From an uncultured Verrucomicrobiae bacterium (GTDB lineage: Bacteria > Verrucomicrobiota > Verrucomicrobiia > Chthoniobacterales > UBA10450): a DNA stretch of 64,000 bases. This document shows, piece by piece, positions 62,283 to 64,000 of the stretch. The stretch spans positions 96,001 through 160,000 of the forward strand of contig CAVYXA010000001.1 of NCBI GenBank assembly GCA_963772365.1. The letters run 5' to 3'. The notes beneath the pieces were generated by a model. The model saw only the letters and a list, made by a program, of their open reading frames with translations, was not told the DNA's origin and did no database searches. A program made the translations under genes and the position numbers. Within the stretch, counting starts at the first letter, position 1, and every line of letters begins with the position of its first letter.

Positions 62283-62487
62283 CAGGAAATCTTATCGCAC
62301 GGGCACAAAACTTTGGTTGCGTACCTCTTCGGCAGTGTAGTGGCCGGCTCTAATTGAGCAATGCCAAACCCGGCGGGTGGCGAGCTACAACTGCGCTTGA
62401 TTTTCCGATTCAAAACTGGAAGTTCACAATTCAATTTTCGATTTGTGACTTCGGATTTCGGGAATTTAAATTTCGAATTTTAATCAA

Positions 62488-62560
62488 GCACCGTTAGCTC
62501 AATTGGCAGAGCAAGTGACTCTTAATCACTGGGTTGTAGGTTCGATTCCTACACGGTGCA
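62488..62560 (+). tRNA. tRNA-Lys (anticodon CTT)
   Basis: GCACCGT/ACGGTGC acceptor stem, TAGCTCAATTGGCAGAGC D-arm, CTCTTAA anticodon loop, GGTTCGATTCC T-loop; CCA not encoded. Confidence 0.96.
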
Positions 62561-62575
62561 AAAATTGTGCGGATG

Positions 62576-62992
62576 TCAGCTTTCTGGGCGCAGCACAATT
62601 TTCCCAAACGCGCCAGGCTGCATCACGTCTCGATGTGCCTGCGCCGCATCGACTAGCGGAAATTCCTTGCCGATTACAGGACGCAAAGTGCCATTCTCCA
62701 ATTCTGCCACGAGCGCCGCGTGAATAGTCGCCAACTCTTCCGGCGGCGTATTCGGCAAAATCATCCCGCGAACATCGACATCTCGCTGCATGGTGTCGCG
62801 TGGATCGATTTCCACCGGGCCGCGACTGCCGATCACCACGACGCGTCCATTCGTGGCGAGAATCGGAAGATCTTTCCCGAGATTCACGTTCGCGAGTAAT
62901 TCCACAATCACATCAACACCGCATCCATTGATGGCGTTCATGATTTGGTCGAAATGATCAGCCGCGCGATGATCGAACACTTCATGCGCGCC
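62576..62992 (-). pseudogene. C-terminal fragment of an NADPH:quinone oxidoreductase (zeta-crystallin type)
   Basis: [40 protein letters not shown]-terminal part absent in this orientation. Confidence 0.8.
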
Positions 62993-63212
62993 TTTCACGC
63001 TATCGGCGTGAATCCGGTAGAGACTTACATTCGTTCGGGAAATTATGCGCGAAAGCCAGCGTTGCCGTACACACCGGGGAACGACGGCGCAGGCGTGATC
63101 GAGAAGGTTGGCGACGGTGTTTCGAAATTTGGCGCCGGCGATCGCGTTTACATAGCGGGATCAACCACCAGATCGTACGCCGAGTTTGCTTTGTGCAAAG
63201 TGGACCAGGTGC
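62993..63212 (+). pseudogene. Inverted N-terminal fragment of the same quinone oxidoreductase family
   Basis: [41 protein letters not shown] on the opposite strand. Confidence 0.8.
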
Positions 63213-63452
63213 GATGTAGGACGTAAGATCGGGCAATTTGAGATCGACAATTACACGCCCCTGGTGGAGGCGGCGAAGAAGGATGAATTCACGCACGAGA
63301 GAGCGTTGTTGAAATCAATTCTCGACCAGGAAAAGCTAGCCCACGAATTGTTAGGAGCTCTCGCACGCGGCAAAGGTCCGCTTGATAAACTGGTGAAGAA
63401 AGTTGTCCTGGAACACGCCGGCGCAGATATCCCATCGACGAAAGCGGCATGA
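63213..63452 (+). pseudogene. 5'-truncated ferritin-like (YciE/YciF-like) fragment
   Basis: [29 protein letters not shown] resembles the EHYEIA.Y..L...LL...L.EE pattern; no start. Confidence 0.4.
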
Positions 63453-63555
63453 CGGAGCGGCACACCAACCAGTGATCACAAAGTAAGGTTTGCGTCGCTG
63501 CAGCCCTGCTCCGACGGCCAAGTTCGTCTCTCCAAGCCTGAAGTTTAACGAACCA

Positions 63556-63855
63556 TCAGCCTCGCACGTAATAGCGACCGTGGATCCAATAACGATGCCC
63601 ATGACGGTGGCGCCAGTAGCCACGACGCCAAACGTGATATCTGCTCCCGACGTAGTAACCAGGTCCGTGTGTGTAGTAAGGCCGGTCGCCCACTGCGATA
63701 GACACATAACCAGTCGGGCCAGAGTAGGCGGGCGAACCGTAAGCAACTCCCGTTGCGCCGTATGGTCCATAGCAACCCTCGAGCCCAAGCCCAACTCCCA
63801 TCAGGAGCGCGACAGAAACCAAGCAAGCGATTTTGTTTTTCTTTGTTTCCCTCAT
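63556..63855 (-). CDS. Small Gly/Tyr/His-rich putative lipoprotein
   Basis: Hydrophobic leader with LEGC; VWRRGYW..YWIHGRY motifs. Confidence 0.65.
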   Translation of the reverse strand: MRETKKNKIACLVSVALLMGVGLGLEGCYGPYGATGVAYGSPAYSGPTGYVSIAVGDRPYYTHGPGYYVGSRYHVWRRGYWRHRHGHRYWIHGRYYVRG

Positions 63856-64000
63856 TGCGTCCTCCCTCGATTGAATCTCTTTCTTTACTAGTTCGGATTT
63901 CGCAGCGTGTTTACGTGCGTGGAATTACCGCCGAGAAAGTGGAGCGGATCAGAGATTGGCGACTACACAACAAACGGGATGATGCGTTTTGCCTGTCGTT

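Noticed and set aside
1..64000. Canonical CRISPR array
   Set aside because: No run of identical 25-40 nt repeats with unique spacers found by eye; only a single repeat-like 36-mer at 735-770

Overview
GC-rich bacterial chromosome segment, very likely from a soil Verrucomicrobiota lineage (Chthoniobacterales/Spartobacteria). This inference rests on an Amuc_1098-1101-type pilus cluster, PEP/VPxxG-CTERM proteins and a dockerin-like-tailed secreted protein. The main accessory feature is at the left end: a very large (~1,550 aa if one frameshift at ~3355 is repaired) Cas12b/C2c1-like type V effector that keeps all three RuvC acidic residues. No cas1/cas2/cas4 and no CRISPR array lie in the window. 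It is flanked by an ORF6N gene and a VapBC-type TA pair on one side and a divergent Ku gene on the other, with structured non-coding DNA at both ends (candidate guide/tracr-like RNAs). The rest holds an EmrAB pump, a RAYT transposase with flanking REPs, a nucleotidyltransferase-like gene plus a small acidic ORF behind tRNA-Leu, and rfbB/rfbD separated by a catalytically degenerate subtilase and a second TA pair. Further along are a Cys-repeat secreted protein, a signal-peptide-bearing ATP-dependent DNA ligase, rlmN, an ECF sigma cluster, rpmH, a selenocysteine formate dehydrogenase operon with a clear SECIS, tRNA-Lys and a scrambled quinone oxidoreductase remnant. Several 1-2 nt indels break otherwise intact genes, so some pseudogene-like calls, including the Cas12 split, may be sequencing or assembly artefacts. 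All family assignments come from motif recognition by eye, not database searches.
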